Positions 40,576 to 51,254 of a stretch of 64,000 bases of DNA are shown in pieces (the stretch's first letter is position 1; each line of letters opens with the position of its first letter). The DNA is from Eledone cirrhosa. Its lineage: Eukaryota. The stretch spans positions 342,488,001-342,552,000 of the forward strand of contig OZ024741.1 in the NCBI GenBank assembly GCA_964016885.1. The letters run 5' to 3'. Under the pieces are notes generated by a model. It did no database searches. It was not told the origin of the DNA and was given only the letters and a program-made list of their open reading frames with translations. Both the position numbers and the translations under genes were made by a program.

Positions 40576-40732
40576 AAGCTAATAAAAAAAAAGATACATA
40601 CATAAAACCAGACAGAAATGTAATAATCAAAAGAACGAATGTATGGAAAAATACAAACAAAAACCACTCGCCACAAAAAACAAAAAAAAAAACAAAAAAA
40701 CACAAAAACAAAATAACAAATAAGCATACAGT

Positions 40733-41165
40733 TATTCATCCATGGATTCGCTGCGGTATTGCTGGGCAATTTCCCTGGGTGTGAGCTTTTGATTATCATG
40801 CAGGGAGTATCTTTCAAGGAGTTCCTTCCCAACTCTCATGATCTTATCTGTCTCATGCAGATAGACTTGCTCAATAGATGGGCTCCTACACTTCGAGGTA
40901 CGTAAATGTTGTCGGAGGGATATAATGTGACACCCAAATGCTGTCTGGACTGATGTTAGGCCTCTGCCTCTCTACTTACGTTTCAAGTAGAAGCGGTTTA
41001 TGTCACTGTTGATGTGGAAGTTTTCGGTGTTGTTTAGAATTGGTCGGATTTCGTCTATCGTCCAATCGAGTATTCCAAGCGCTGGTGTTAGGACAGACAC
41101 AGCAAACACAGGGTGAGCCACTGTTTTATTGTGCGCAGAGAATTCCGATAACCTTATTTTTCTTA
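40733..41165 (-). mobile_element. R4/Dong-like (RLE) LINE fragment, post-RT region
   Basis: [28 protein letters not shown]...HINSDINRFYLKRK*.GRGL. Confidence 0.8.
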
Positions 41166-41847
41166 ATGTATGTATGTATGTATGTATGTATGTATGTATG
41201 TATGTATGTATGTATGTTTGCTGCTTTACAAAAAACAAAAACAACAAAACAAAACAAAACAAGACAAAACAAAAATAATGGAATTATTCGAAATCGAGTT
41301 GCTGCCATCATGTATATAAGTATGTATGCACGTATGTATGTTTATCGATCCCATCTCTTCTTCAGATGTGAACACCGCAGACTTCTACGAGAGGAGGATA
41401 GAGAGCGAGAGAAAGGAAGTGATAAAGAAATATAGAGGAAGAATCGACCCAGTTCTAGATTGGTCCTTTTTTTTATCGAACTCGAAAGGAAAGGTAAACT
41501 TGACCTCGGCGGGATTTGAACTCAGAGTGCTGTGAGCCGGAACAAATATACATCGCCTTAACAATTCTCCCAAATACGAATAAAACAAAACAATGAATAT
41601 AAAACAATGAAATGAAATTCCAGCATACCTACAACATTTTTGGTGTCAAATTCTGAACCAGAGCATCACCAACAAAAAATATGAATACAATTTAAAATAG
41701 GTTCTCAAACTTTTTGGGGCCACTGCCCCACTCACAGCCACGTAATACCCTCAGTACCCCCAACCCTATTTCCAGAGAGACTTGCCTACAGGCAAATTGT
41801 AACTAATATATAATAAACAAAATCGTTAATTTATATATAATAAATAA

Positions 41848-42507
41848 TCTATATATATAAAACTGTGGTTGTCTGTCTGTCTATCGATTTTTGGCACACA
41901 TCTCCTCTTAGAATCTCTCACGGAATTGCACCGAAATTGCTATACTTGTACATTGAGCCCTAGCGAAGACATCGGAAAAAAAAAATTTCAAATTGACCCA
42001 CCCTATGTGACGAAATCGAATCTAATGTATCGATTTTTGAGCGTAAGTTATCAGTTATTTCCCTTTGTTCTGTTTACATTGAGCGTCTTACGTTCTGTTT
42101 ACATTTTCTGCGTGCAAAAATTAAAAAAATTACGCTGGCTTTCTCAGCGTTTAAAATGACATTAACACAATACACGAACAGTTGTCGAGCCAGCAAAATT
42201 TTGACCTGCAAAATTCATCAGTTCGAACACTAAGCTTCCGTTTTGCTTCATTTCCATTTAAAAGCCTTTTAAAACAATATTTTTACTTGAAAACAAGTCT
42301 ATTTAAAGACTACGTAAAACAAGCAAATATTTCGTAAAAAAAAGCAAAAATTATATAAGTTTATTTAAAATATATGTATCTGTAAATTTCGTTAGGCGTG
42401 CAGACAGACAGTCGTGCAGACAGACTTTAAGCCAAAAAAGAAACTTAACATTGTAACTTTAACACAGCTACTGAGCGACCCCGAGCAACGCCGGGCTTTA
42501 CTGCTAG
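41848..42507 (+). mobile_element. Non-autonomous Helitron
   Basis: 5' A|TCTATATATATAAA, 3' hairpin cccgagcaacgccggg, then CTAG|T. Confidence 0.88.
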
Positions 42508-42610
42508 TATGTATATAAATGCAAATGAGATTAATCACCTCATTTACACAGACAAGAAAACTATATATTCTCGCCTGTTTTGAAAGTCCAGCAGTTGCAA
42601 GAGTGGGAGG

Positions 42611-42656
42611 GATCGTCCTGATGAGAACCAGTTCAGTTCGAAATGCATCGACGATT
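42611..42656 (+). ncRNA. Minimal type I hammerhead ribozyme, intact core
   Basis: atcgtc-CTGATGA-gaac cagttca gttc-GAAA-tgca-TC-gacgat. Confidence 0.85.
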
Positions 42657-43149
42657 GTCCCCCTTTCTTCTGCTAGACACCGCCAGGTGGTGATAGCTGC
42701 CGGTGTTTTTGCATAGATATGGCTTTCTAAATCTTTATTTAAATACGAAATTCCAATACATATCTGTATACAGCTATGCTCGAAGCTAAATCCTAATCCT
42801 AAATATTATATATATTTTATTTTGCTATATTTATATATAATATGTATCATTTGATATTTGATATACTATTATATCATCTCTATCGCCCCCTCCCCCCACG
42901 CACCCTTAGGCCGCACAGCCTCCCCCTCCCTCGGACCATCTCAACACCCCCAGAGGGCGGTAGCGCCCACTTTGCGAACCTCTGATGTAAGATAATAAAG
43001 ATCTAAGATCGAACGGTAAAAATATTTCAAAGAAGAATATTTATATGAAAATAACCAAAAGGAGGAAATAATTACATAATTGTAAACGATGGATCTTTCT
43101 ATGGACCAATGAAAACCTTTTCTATGGACCAATGAAAATCCTTTCTTAA

Positions 43150-44480
43150 GATAAAACTTACTAATAAAATAGTAACTGAAATTAAAAGAAGAAAAAAAAG
43201 ATCTCCAACCCCACGGATAATGATCCTTTAAGGACTCGCTCAAAACAGATTAAAAACATGAAATATTACTAGGATGAAGCAAAGAAACTACACAACAACT
43301 AAAGCAGTTACAAATGAAATGTTTCATTTCAGAAAATAGGAATTTGATAATAAAAACAAAACCAAAATCGAAAACAACAACAATGAAAAAAAAAGATGAA
43401 AAAACTCGGAAAACTAACATACAAATTAAGACAAAAAAAAAGTAAGGTCTGAAATCATCATTGAGATCGATAATAAAAAATTACGTAAATATGTGAAAAT
43501 ATAAAATATGTAAAAAATATAAAATATGTCAAAATATTAAATATATAAAAATATAAAATATGTAAAAATATAAAATATGTAAAAATATAAAATATATAAA
43601 AATATAAAATATGTAAAAAATATAAAATATGTAAAAAAATATAAAATATATAAAAATATAAAAAATATAAAATATATAAAAATATAAAATATATAAAAAT
43701 ATAAAATACCCCCCCTCCCCGAAAAAAATGAAAAGAAAAAAAATGAAAGCAAGTATAGAAAATGAAAGAATGTGGAAGTCAAAAGATCCCCACTAAATAG
43801 CAAAGAATCTGTTGACATGAGAAGTGGAAACAGTTCTTTAAAAGAAATCATATAACGTGTCTCCAACCAAAAATGATTTTTTTTTCTTTACAAAGAACTA
43901 CATAAAAATTAAAATTGAAATATTATTACAGCAGCAACAAGAGAAGTAGAAGGTATTTTTTTCTTTTTGGCGATGAGTGTGGACAGTGTGAAGATCGCTA
44001 CTGCCCTCCCCACAAAAAACAACAAAAACCAAAAAAAAACACTCCCGAAGCCAAACATAAAAAACAAAACAAAACACACAAAAAAGCCCCAAACAAATAA
44101 AAAGCAACAAAAAAAACAAAAACAAGCAAGCAAACAAAACATCAAAACAACCGTCGGGATAACAACTTATGTAACTACGATACTATAAAATATGAATAAC
44201 AAGAAGAAAAAAATCCCATCTAAAAAGATATTCACCGAAAGAGTTGGTTAACAAACATTTCAATGGTTTACCGAGGAATAAATAAACAAATAAACAAAAT
44301 CCCTATCTCGATTTTTAAGACTGAAGGAACATCAAGAACACGAAGATTTCCTAACTACAGACCTATAACCTACCTGTCTACAACACAGAAAATCTTAACT
44401 TTAGTTTTATCGTAAAGGATGCATGGCAAACTGGAGAAAAGACACGGTTTCAGGAGTTGAGAAAGAATACCGTAAAACTG
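43150..44480 (+). mobile_element. Heavily decayed R4/Dong-like LINE fragments
   Basis: NYRPITYLSTTQKILTLVL at about 44352-44410 (RT domains 1-2). The upstream extent is uncertain. Confidence 0.55.
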
Positions 44481-44552
44481 ATATGAATTAATAGAAAGAC
44501 ACTTTATTTGTTTTAAGACTTAAAATAACAACCAGGAAGAAAACCACCCATA

Positions 44553-44778
44553 AATAATGGTTTCTTATATAGGCACAAGGCCAGCAATTTTTGAGGGGAG
44601 AGGAAAGTCGATTAAATCGACACCAGTGCGTGACTGGTACTTTATTTTATCGACTCCGTAAGGATGAAAGGCAAAGTTAACTTCGGTGAGATTTGAACTC
44701 AGATTATAAAGGGCCGTAACTCGATGTGGCAAAGCAGGATATCCGAAGCTCTACCGATACTGCCAACCCACCGCCCTA
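44553..44778 (-). mobile_element. SINE (long form with gtcgattaaatcgac palindrome)
   Basis: Full SINE motif set. Confidence 0.88.
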
Positions 44779-45114
44779 AAACCCCCATAAATAATGAAAT
44801 AAAAAGTTAAGGGGGAAGGGGGGGGGGAGACTATACAGTCTTGGTTAAATGTATCACCTACACCTCGCGGATAAGATGGTGAAAGCATTCCTGCAGAGAA
44901 CCACCAGCGACACCTGCTGCACCAGCCATCCATACTCAAGTGGGATGCACTCCCGATTTTGCGGTGGAAAACGTCAGTTCGGGGACCAAGGGACACTGGA
45001 GGGCTCGACAGCGACTGGAACGAACAGGAAGCGGTTAGTAAAGTCCTGGTATTCGGATATCGTCCACTCCAGCGATTTACCCGCGAGTTTGTGGCCGAGG
45101 CGACGTTATTGATA

Positions 45115-46273
45115 AAAGACTACAAGAGATAGCTAAAGACTACAAGAGATAACTAAAGACTACAAGAGATAGCTAAAGACTACAAGAGATAACTAAAGAC
45201 TACAAGAGATAGCTAAAGACTACAAGAGATAGCTAAAGACTACAAGAGATAACTAAAGACTACAAGAGATAGCTAAAGACTACAAGAGATAACTAAAGAC
45301 TACAAGAGATAGCTAAAGACTACAAGAGATAACTAAAGACTACAAGAGATAGCTAAAGACTACAAGAGATAACTAAAGACTACAAGAGATAGCTAAAGAC
45401 TACAAGAGATAGCTAAAGACTACAAGAGATAACTAAAGACTACAAGAGATAGCTAAAGACTACAAGAGATAGCTAAAGACTACAAGAGATAGCTAAAGAC
45501 TACAAGTGATAGCTAAAGACTACAAGTGATAGCTAAAGACTACAAGTGATAGCTAAAGACTACAAGAGATAGCTAAAGACTACAAGAGATAGCTAAAGAC
45601 TACAAGAGATAACTAAAGACTACAAGAGATAGCTAAAGACTACAAGAGATAGCTAAAGACTACAAGAGATAACTAAAGACTACAAGAGATAGCTAAACAC
45701 TACAAGAGATAGCTAAAGACTACAAGAGATAGCTAAAGACTACAAGAGATAACTAAAGACTACAAGAGATAGCTAAAGACTACAAGAGATAGCTAAAGAC
45801 TACAAGAGATAGCTAAAGACTACAAGTGATAGCTAAAGACTACAAGAGATAACTAAAGACTACAAGAGATAGCTAAAGACTACAAGAGATAGCTAAAGAC
45901 TACAAGTGATAGCTAAAGACTACAAGAGATAGCTAAAGACTACAAGAGATAGCTAAAGACTACAAGAGATAGCTAAAGACTACAAGTGATAGCTAAAGAC
46001 TACAAGAGATAACTAAAGACTACAAGAGATAGCTAAAGACTACAAGAGATAGCTAAAGACTACAAGTGATAGCTAAAGACTACAAGAGATAACTAAAGAC
46101 TACAAGAGATAGCTAAAGACTACAAGAGATAGCTAAACACTACAAGAGATAGCTAAAGACTACAAGAGATAGCTAAAGACTACAAGAGATAGCTAAAGAC
46201 TACAAGAGATAGCTAAAGACTACAAGAGATAGCTAAAGACTACAAGAGATAGCTAAAGACTACAAGAGATAGC
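45115..46273. repeat. 20-bp minisatellite, ~58 copies (aaagactacaagagatagct)
   Basis: Exact 20-bp period with three single-base variants. Confidence 0.98.
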
Positions 46274-46552
46274 CACCTGGCACTGGAACAGGATCCTTTG
46301 AATACATACAAAATACAATCACCCACAAATGTAAGACAATTTACATAGACTCTAGTCAAATAAAGAATCTGTAGATAATGACGATGTTATAATTAGGCAG
46401 AAATTAGTACACTGGATAGCTTCAGGTCTTGTCCTTCGTATGCGAGTGAGGAAGAGAAGAAAGACAGATAAATAGAAAGAGAGCAAGTGAGAGAACGAAC
46501 GAGAAGGAGAGAGAGAGAGAGTGGAATAAATAGAGAGAGGGAGAAAGAGAGG

Positions 46553-46583
<31 letters not shown>

Positions 46584-46814
46584 GGGGTTGCTGTTTGGAC
46601 CGGGGAGAAGTAAATATTAGTTGCGTCCATATCAAGAAACAACACCACTTTTCTCTTTTCCCTATTCCCAGATGCAAGACAAGGGTGAAACGTTAGATTC
46701 TACAGTCATCACTTACACAAACAGATGAAACTCTAAATTAACTCAAAAGCCAAAATAAAGGACACCCACAAGCTAATCAGGTAGCCTCTGTGTAGTCGTT
46801 TGTCTTGCTAGAGA

Positions 46815-46995
46815 TAACTGTTTCTATTTTTGGCATAAGGCCAGCAATTATCCCAGTGCATTACTGTTACTTTATTTTTTATCGATCCCGTAAAGATGAA
46901 AGGCAAAGTTAACCTCGGCAGGATTGAAATAAGACTGTAAAGGGACGTAACTCTATGCTGAAAAGCATGGCGTCGGACTCTCTACTGATACTGAA
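46815..46995 (-). mobile_element. SINE (short form)
   Basis: SINE motifs. Confidence 0.85.
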
Positions 46996-47854
46996 CAGCA
47001 ACCATTTAGCAGCAACAGCCAAATTTCTATTAAGAAATATAAAATTCTTCACCATTTTGTCCACGTGGCGCTGCTGAAACCCCGCTTAGACAGGAGTCTC
47101 TCACTCTTTCTCCACTTTCCCTTGTTTTGTTGCTTCATTTCTTTTTTCTTTTTCTTTTTCTTCTTTACTTTCACTTTCTTTTTCCTTTCCTTATTGCCGT
47201 TCCGTTGATATTGTACAATTTTTATCAAATCCTGGATATTCTTTGAAAATATTCGAGATGATCTCGATGACTTTTTGAATGTAATATGAGCAAAACTGTA
47301 ATTTCTTTCATTTGTAATTCTATTTGTGTATGAGATAATGCTACTGTTGTTTTGTCATTGTTACACTAGCTAATATCATGAGACAACATATTAAAGTCAC
47401 CTTCGCTGCTTAAAAGGTCATTTATTTCTTTTGAAATGTTTGTGTTTGTATGAAAGATTTGTGTTCGCATTGTTTTTCTCTATAGAGCTATTTCAATTTT
47501 GCTGCTTTTAGTAGGTGGATCAAGGAATTGCTGCCATGATGATAAAAGATGACTGAAGTCAAACCAAGTTGAAATGAAATTTCTTTTGCCTCGAAAGAAG
47601 CAAAATATATGCAAACAATTTATAGACGTAAATAAGACCGTTATTGCTCCAATCAATCCGCAAATACTCAGCAAACACTCTAAACTGAACGCCAACCTGT
47701 ACTCATGACTCCTGCCAAACCAAACCAAACCGTATTCACTCTCCAAATCTGGCAAATCTGGCAAATCTGGCAAAACGTGGACCAACCATCTCCCCAATCT
47801 CGGCATACATAATCGGACATCAACTGCCACCAAATGGAGAAGACTGACGTTTAC

Positions 47855-48248
47855 CTGGGGTCTCCTACTACCGACAGGATGGTTGTGGTGTTGGTGGTAG
47901 TCCTTATGGTACTCCTGGGATCTCCTGCTATTGTCGGGATGATGGTATTCTTCATCGTAGTACCCCTGGGGTCTCCTACTACCATCAGGATGGCGGTAGT
48001 CCTCGTGGTACCCCTGCCGGTCGCTTCTGTTACTGTCGGGTTGATGCCGATAGTGAGGATACTGCTTCCGGTGGTGGTGGTGGCGGTGGTGGTGGTGGTG
48101 GTGGTGCTCCCGTAGTTCTCCATCACACTTATGTCGGTACTCCTTCGTCCCTCTATCGTCACCGTGGTACTCTTGATGCCCTCCACTACTGTACTCATGG
48201 CACTCCTGTTGCATGTTCTCACCACACACATGCCGGTACTCTTCCAGC
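47855..48248 (-). CDS. Probable host exon encoding a His/Tyr/Arg/Glu/Asp-rich repeat protein (alternatively single ORF 47480-48262)
   Basis: Repeats (HPDGSRRPQGY / HPDNSRRSQEY) differ largely at synonymous third positions. A phase-0 donor CAG|GTAAAC lies at 47855/47854, with a candidate branch point CTAAT and acceptor AAG| at 48249. Confidence 0.55.
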
Positions 48249-48439
48249 CTTGACACACACATGTAGAAACGTCTTCACGATTAGAACTAGATTATAATCC
48301 ACGTTTCGATATCCACGTTTCGATAACGTTAGGACACCCCCCCCCCAAAAAAAAAAAAACAAAAAAAACCCAAAAATAAACAAACAAACAAGCAAAAAAA
48401 AACGAAGCAAACAAAACAAATCAAAACAAATCAAAAAGA

Positions 48440-50750
48440 CTTATTGACTACAGATAAGATCTATGCACACATGGAAGAATAAACCTAGTCTCCCATTACT
48501 ATGGAAAACTGTTAACAAATATCTTGACAGGTAAGATCTATGCATGCTGGAAGAATAAACCTAGTCTCCCATTCATTTGGAAAACTGTTAACAAATATCT
48601 TGACAGATAAGATCTATGCATGCCTGGAAGAATAAACCTAGTCTATAATGAACAGAATAAACGTTAGAGAAATTCCAGGAGGACAAAAGACCAGCTGTTA
48701 ATTGACAAGATGATAATACGAATCTTTCAATAGAAGAAGAATTGGTTTAACAATGATGGTGGATGGATTACAAGAAAGCGTATGATACTGTCTCAAAATT
48801 CCTGGATTTTGAAGGCATTTCAAAATTCCGTTCAGAATTACAGATAACATCAATGAACTACAGATAACATCAATGAACTACAGATAACATCAATGAACTA
48901 GCAAGAAGAAACATGGTGAGGGGAGAAACATAACAATCTACAGGGAACCAGTTATTTGGGAATGTGAAAATAAATCGGGTCATTTTCAAAGGTGTTAGCA
49001 TATCACCCTTATTGTTTGTCATTACTCTCCCTAGAATTCAGAAAAGTGAAAAGATGGATGTCCCAGGAAAAGGTGAGGAGAGAGTTAACCGTTTGTTAAT
49101 TCATACATGATCTAAAGTTGTACGGCAAGACTGAGAGAAAACTGGATAATCTTGTCGATGCAGCGAGTGCAACACTTAACGACAACATCAAAAGGGAATT
49201 TTGATATTTCTAAATATGGAACTCTTGAAATGAAGAGAGACAAATACTATAAAAGTGAAGAGACGAATCTACCAAAGGAAGAGAAGATCCAAGATATTGA
49301 CTCAGAGGATGGATATAGATAGGAAGTTTTGTCTAAAGGATAAAGTGGTGAACTGGCTGAGTGGTTAAAATGTCGGATACAATGCTTTACGGTATTCGTT
49401 CCGGGTCTCTACTCTCTGAATTCAAATCTCGCCGAGGTCAACTTTGCCTTTCATCCTTACGAGATCAATAAAAAGGTACCAGTGTAGTACCGGGGTCGAT
49501 CTTCCTCTATATCTATTTCTCACTTTCTCTTTTTCACACCCTTTCACACAATCTCTCCTTTGAAAGTAATTTGCTGTGATAAGACCTGGAGAGGAGATGG
49601 GCTCTGATAGGCTTAAAATGCCCAAGAAATGCCGCATAGTCAATACGGCATCCCTATGATATCAGCATGAGTTACGAGTTTAAAGAGGGTATAAATGATG
49701 GAATATTGAACAACAAATAAAGAGGATATAAGAACTAAAACTCAAGAGCAGTATTCATCATCAGATATAGAGCAAGGAATAATCAAATGGAAAAAAAAGA
49801 AGTTAGATAGAAGAGAATAAGGAAGGCGATGAAAATACACAGAGCCTTACATTCACAAGAAACTGTAGACAGGTTTTATTTCAACATAAACGAGGTAAGA
49901 CGATGACTGATAAATGTAGAAGACTAATTGGGGTTAGAGACATAGTTTGAGAACGTATTGTGCTGATTTCCAAAAGGTGTTCATGATAACAGCACGAGGA
50001 GAGGTGATATTATGTGAATGTAAGAGGAAAAAAGTGAAGTCCTCAAAACTAGGAAGGAAGCAGCAATACGAGCAGAACAGCTTATACGGAATGTTTTCCA
50101 AAAATACTGAAGGACATCGAGCTGCGAAGTTTGACAGAAGAGATCTGAAGAGAGAGACAGATGGTTGATTCTTAGTTGCGTATGATGAAGCAATCAGAAC
50201 GAGATACATCAGGGAGAAGAGGTAATCTTGGTTGCATATAAAACGTCTGGGGAAAGCGAAGAGATGGTGGCGTTTGTACTTTTTGAATAGAAGAGGCTTG
50301 TTCAGAAGGATTATAAGGACCAGAGACATCGCAAAGTTAACGACTTTATAAAAATTCGAATGGACAAGCAAATAGAACGTTTGCAGCCAACTATTGTTGT
50401 ACTCAATAATGGGGAAAGCCCATTTTGATACAAGAGTGGTGGATAAAATAACGCGAGAGAATAGAAAAATACCAAGACCTAAAATAAAAAAAAATGCAGA
50501 AAATCTAGAATTGTCGTAAAGTTTTTATCAACCCAATTGTAATATAAGCCTTGAGGACGGTGGCAAAACGTTTAAGTAGCTGATTGAGGATGTTGGATAA
50601 AGGGGTGAATTTCCTGACAGAGAAAGCTTATTTGCTTGGCACAGCAAGAACCTTAAGAAAAGGTGCCCTATGGCTCAGGTTCCAGGATGCAACTTTCTAT
50701 CTAGCAATCTTATTCGATACCGGCAGAACAACAACGAAATGCTGAGTAAA
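48440..50750 (+). mobile_element. Decayed R4/Dong-like LINE (RT to RLE end), interrupted by a SINE
   Basis: DYKKAYDTV, IFKGVSISPLLFVI, RALHSQETVDRFY and terminal LLGTARTLRK. Local 75-bp and 20-bp triplications occur. Confidence 0.8.
49345..49680 (+). mobile_element. SINE, long-tail subfamily, full length
   Basis: tRNA head, core, CT-rich linker and alternative tail. Confidence 0.75.
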
Positions 50751-50769
50751 AAGAAAAGAAATATTAATA

Positions 50770-51220
50770 AGAATTGTTTCTACTTGAATCACAAGGCCAT
50801 CAATTTGAACGAGAGGGGAAAGTCGATTAAATCGACCTCAGTACATTACTGGTGCTTTATTTATCGACCCCGTAAGGATGAAAATCAAAGCTAACCTCGG
50901 TGGGATTTGAACTCAGAACATAAAGGGCCGTAACTCTATGATGCAAAGCATGGTGTCTGACGTACTACCGATACTGACAATCCACCGTCCTTAATAATGA
51001 TAATAATTGTTTCTACTTTTGGCACAAGGCCAGCAATTATCCCAGTGTATTACTGGTACTTTATTTTATCGACCCCATAAGGATGAAAGGCAAAGTTAAC
51101 CTCGGCGGGATATGAACTCAAACCATAAAGGGCCGTAACTCTTTGCTGCAAAACATGGTGTCCGACCCTCTACCGATACTGCCAATCCACCGATAATAAT
51201 GATTTCTAGTATAGGCACAT
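50770..51220 (-). mobile_element. Tandem SINE array (2 copies plus a 3' stub)
   Basis: SINE motifs. The stub at 51195-51219 reads tgtgcctatactagaaatcattatt on the minus strand. Confidence 0.88.
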
Positions 51221-51254
51221 AACTCGTATGAACATAAAGCAAGATAAATGCAAC

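Larger units (their letters stand above)
41696..42984. mobile_element. hAT-like non-autonomous element with nested insertions
   Basis: TIRs aataggttctcaaact / actttgcgaacctctg, with GC-rich subtermini. Confidence 0.6.

Noticed and set aside
45115-46273. CRISPR-like array
   Set aside because: Contiguous 20-mers with no unique spacers, no cas genes, and a eukaryotic context.
47848-48296. Plus-strand Gly/Cys/Tyr-rich frame (PGVSYYRQDG...) and Thr-rich minus frame
   Set aside because: Repeat-to-repeat changes are mostly non-synonymous in the plus frame and fit the His/Tyr frame better.
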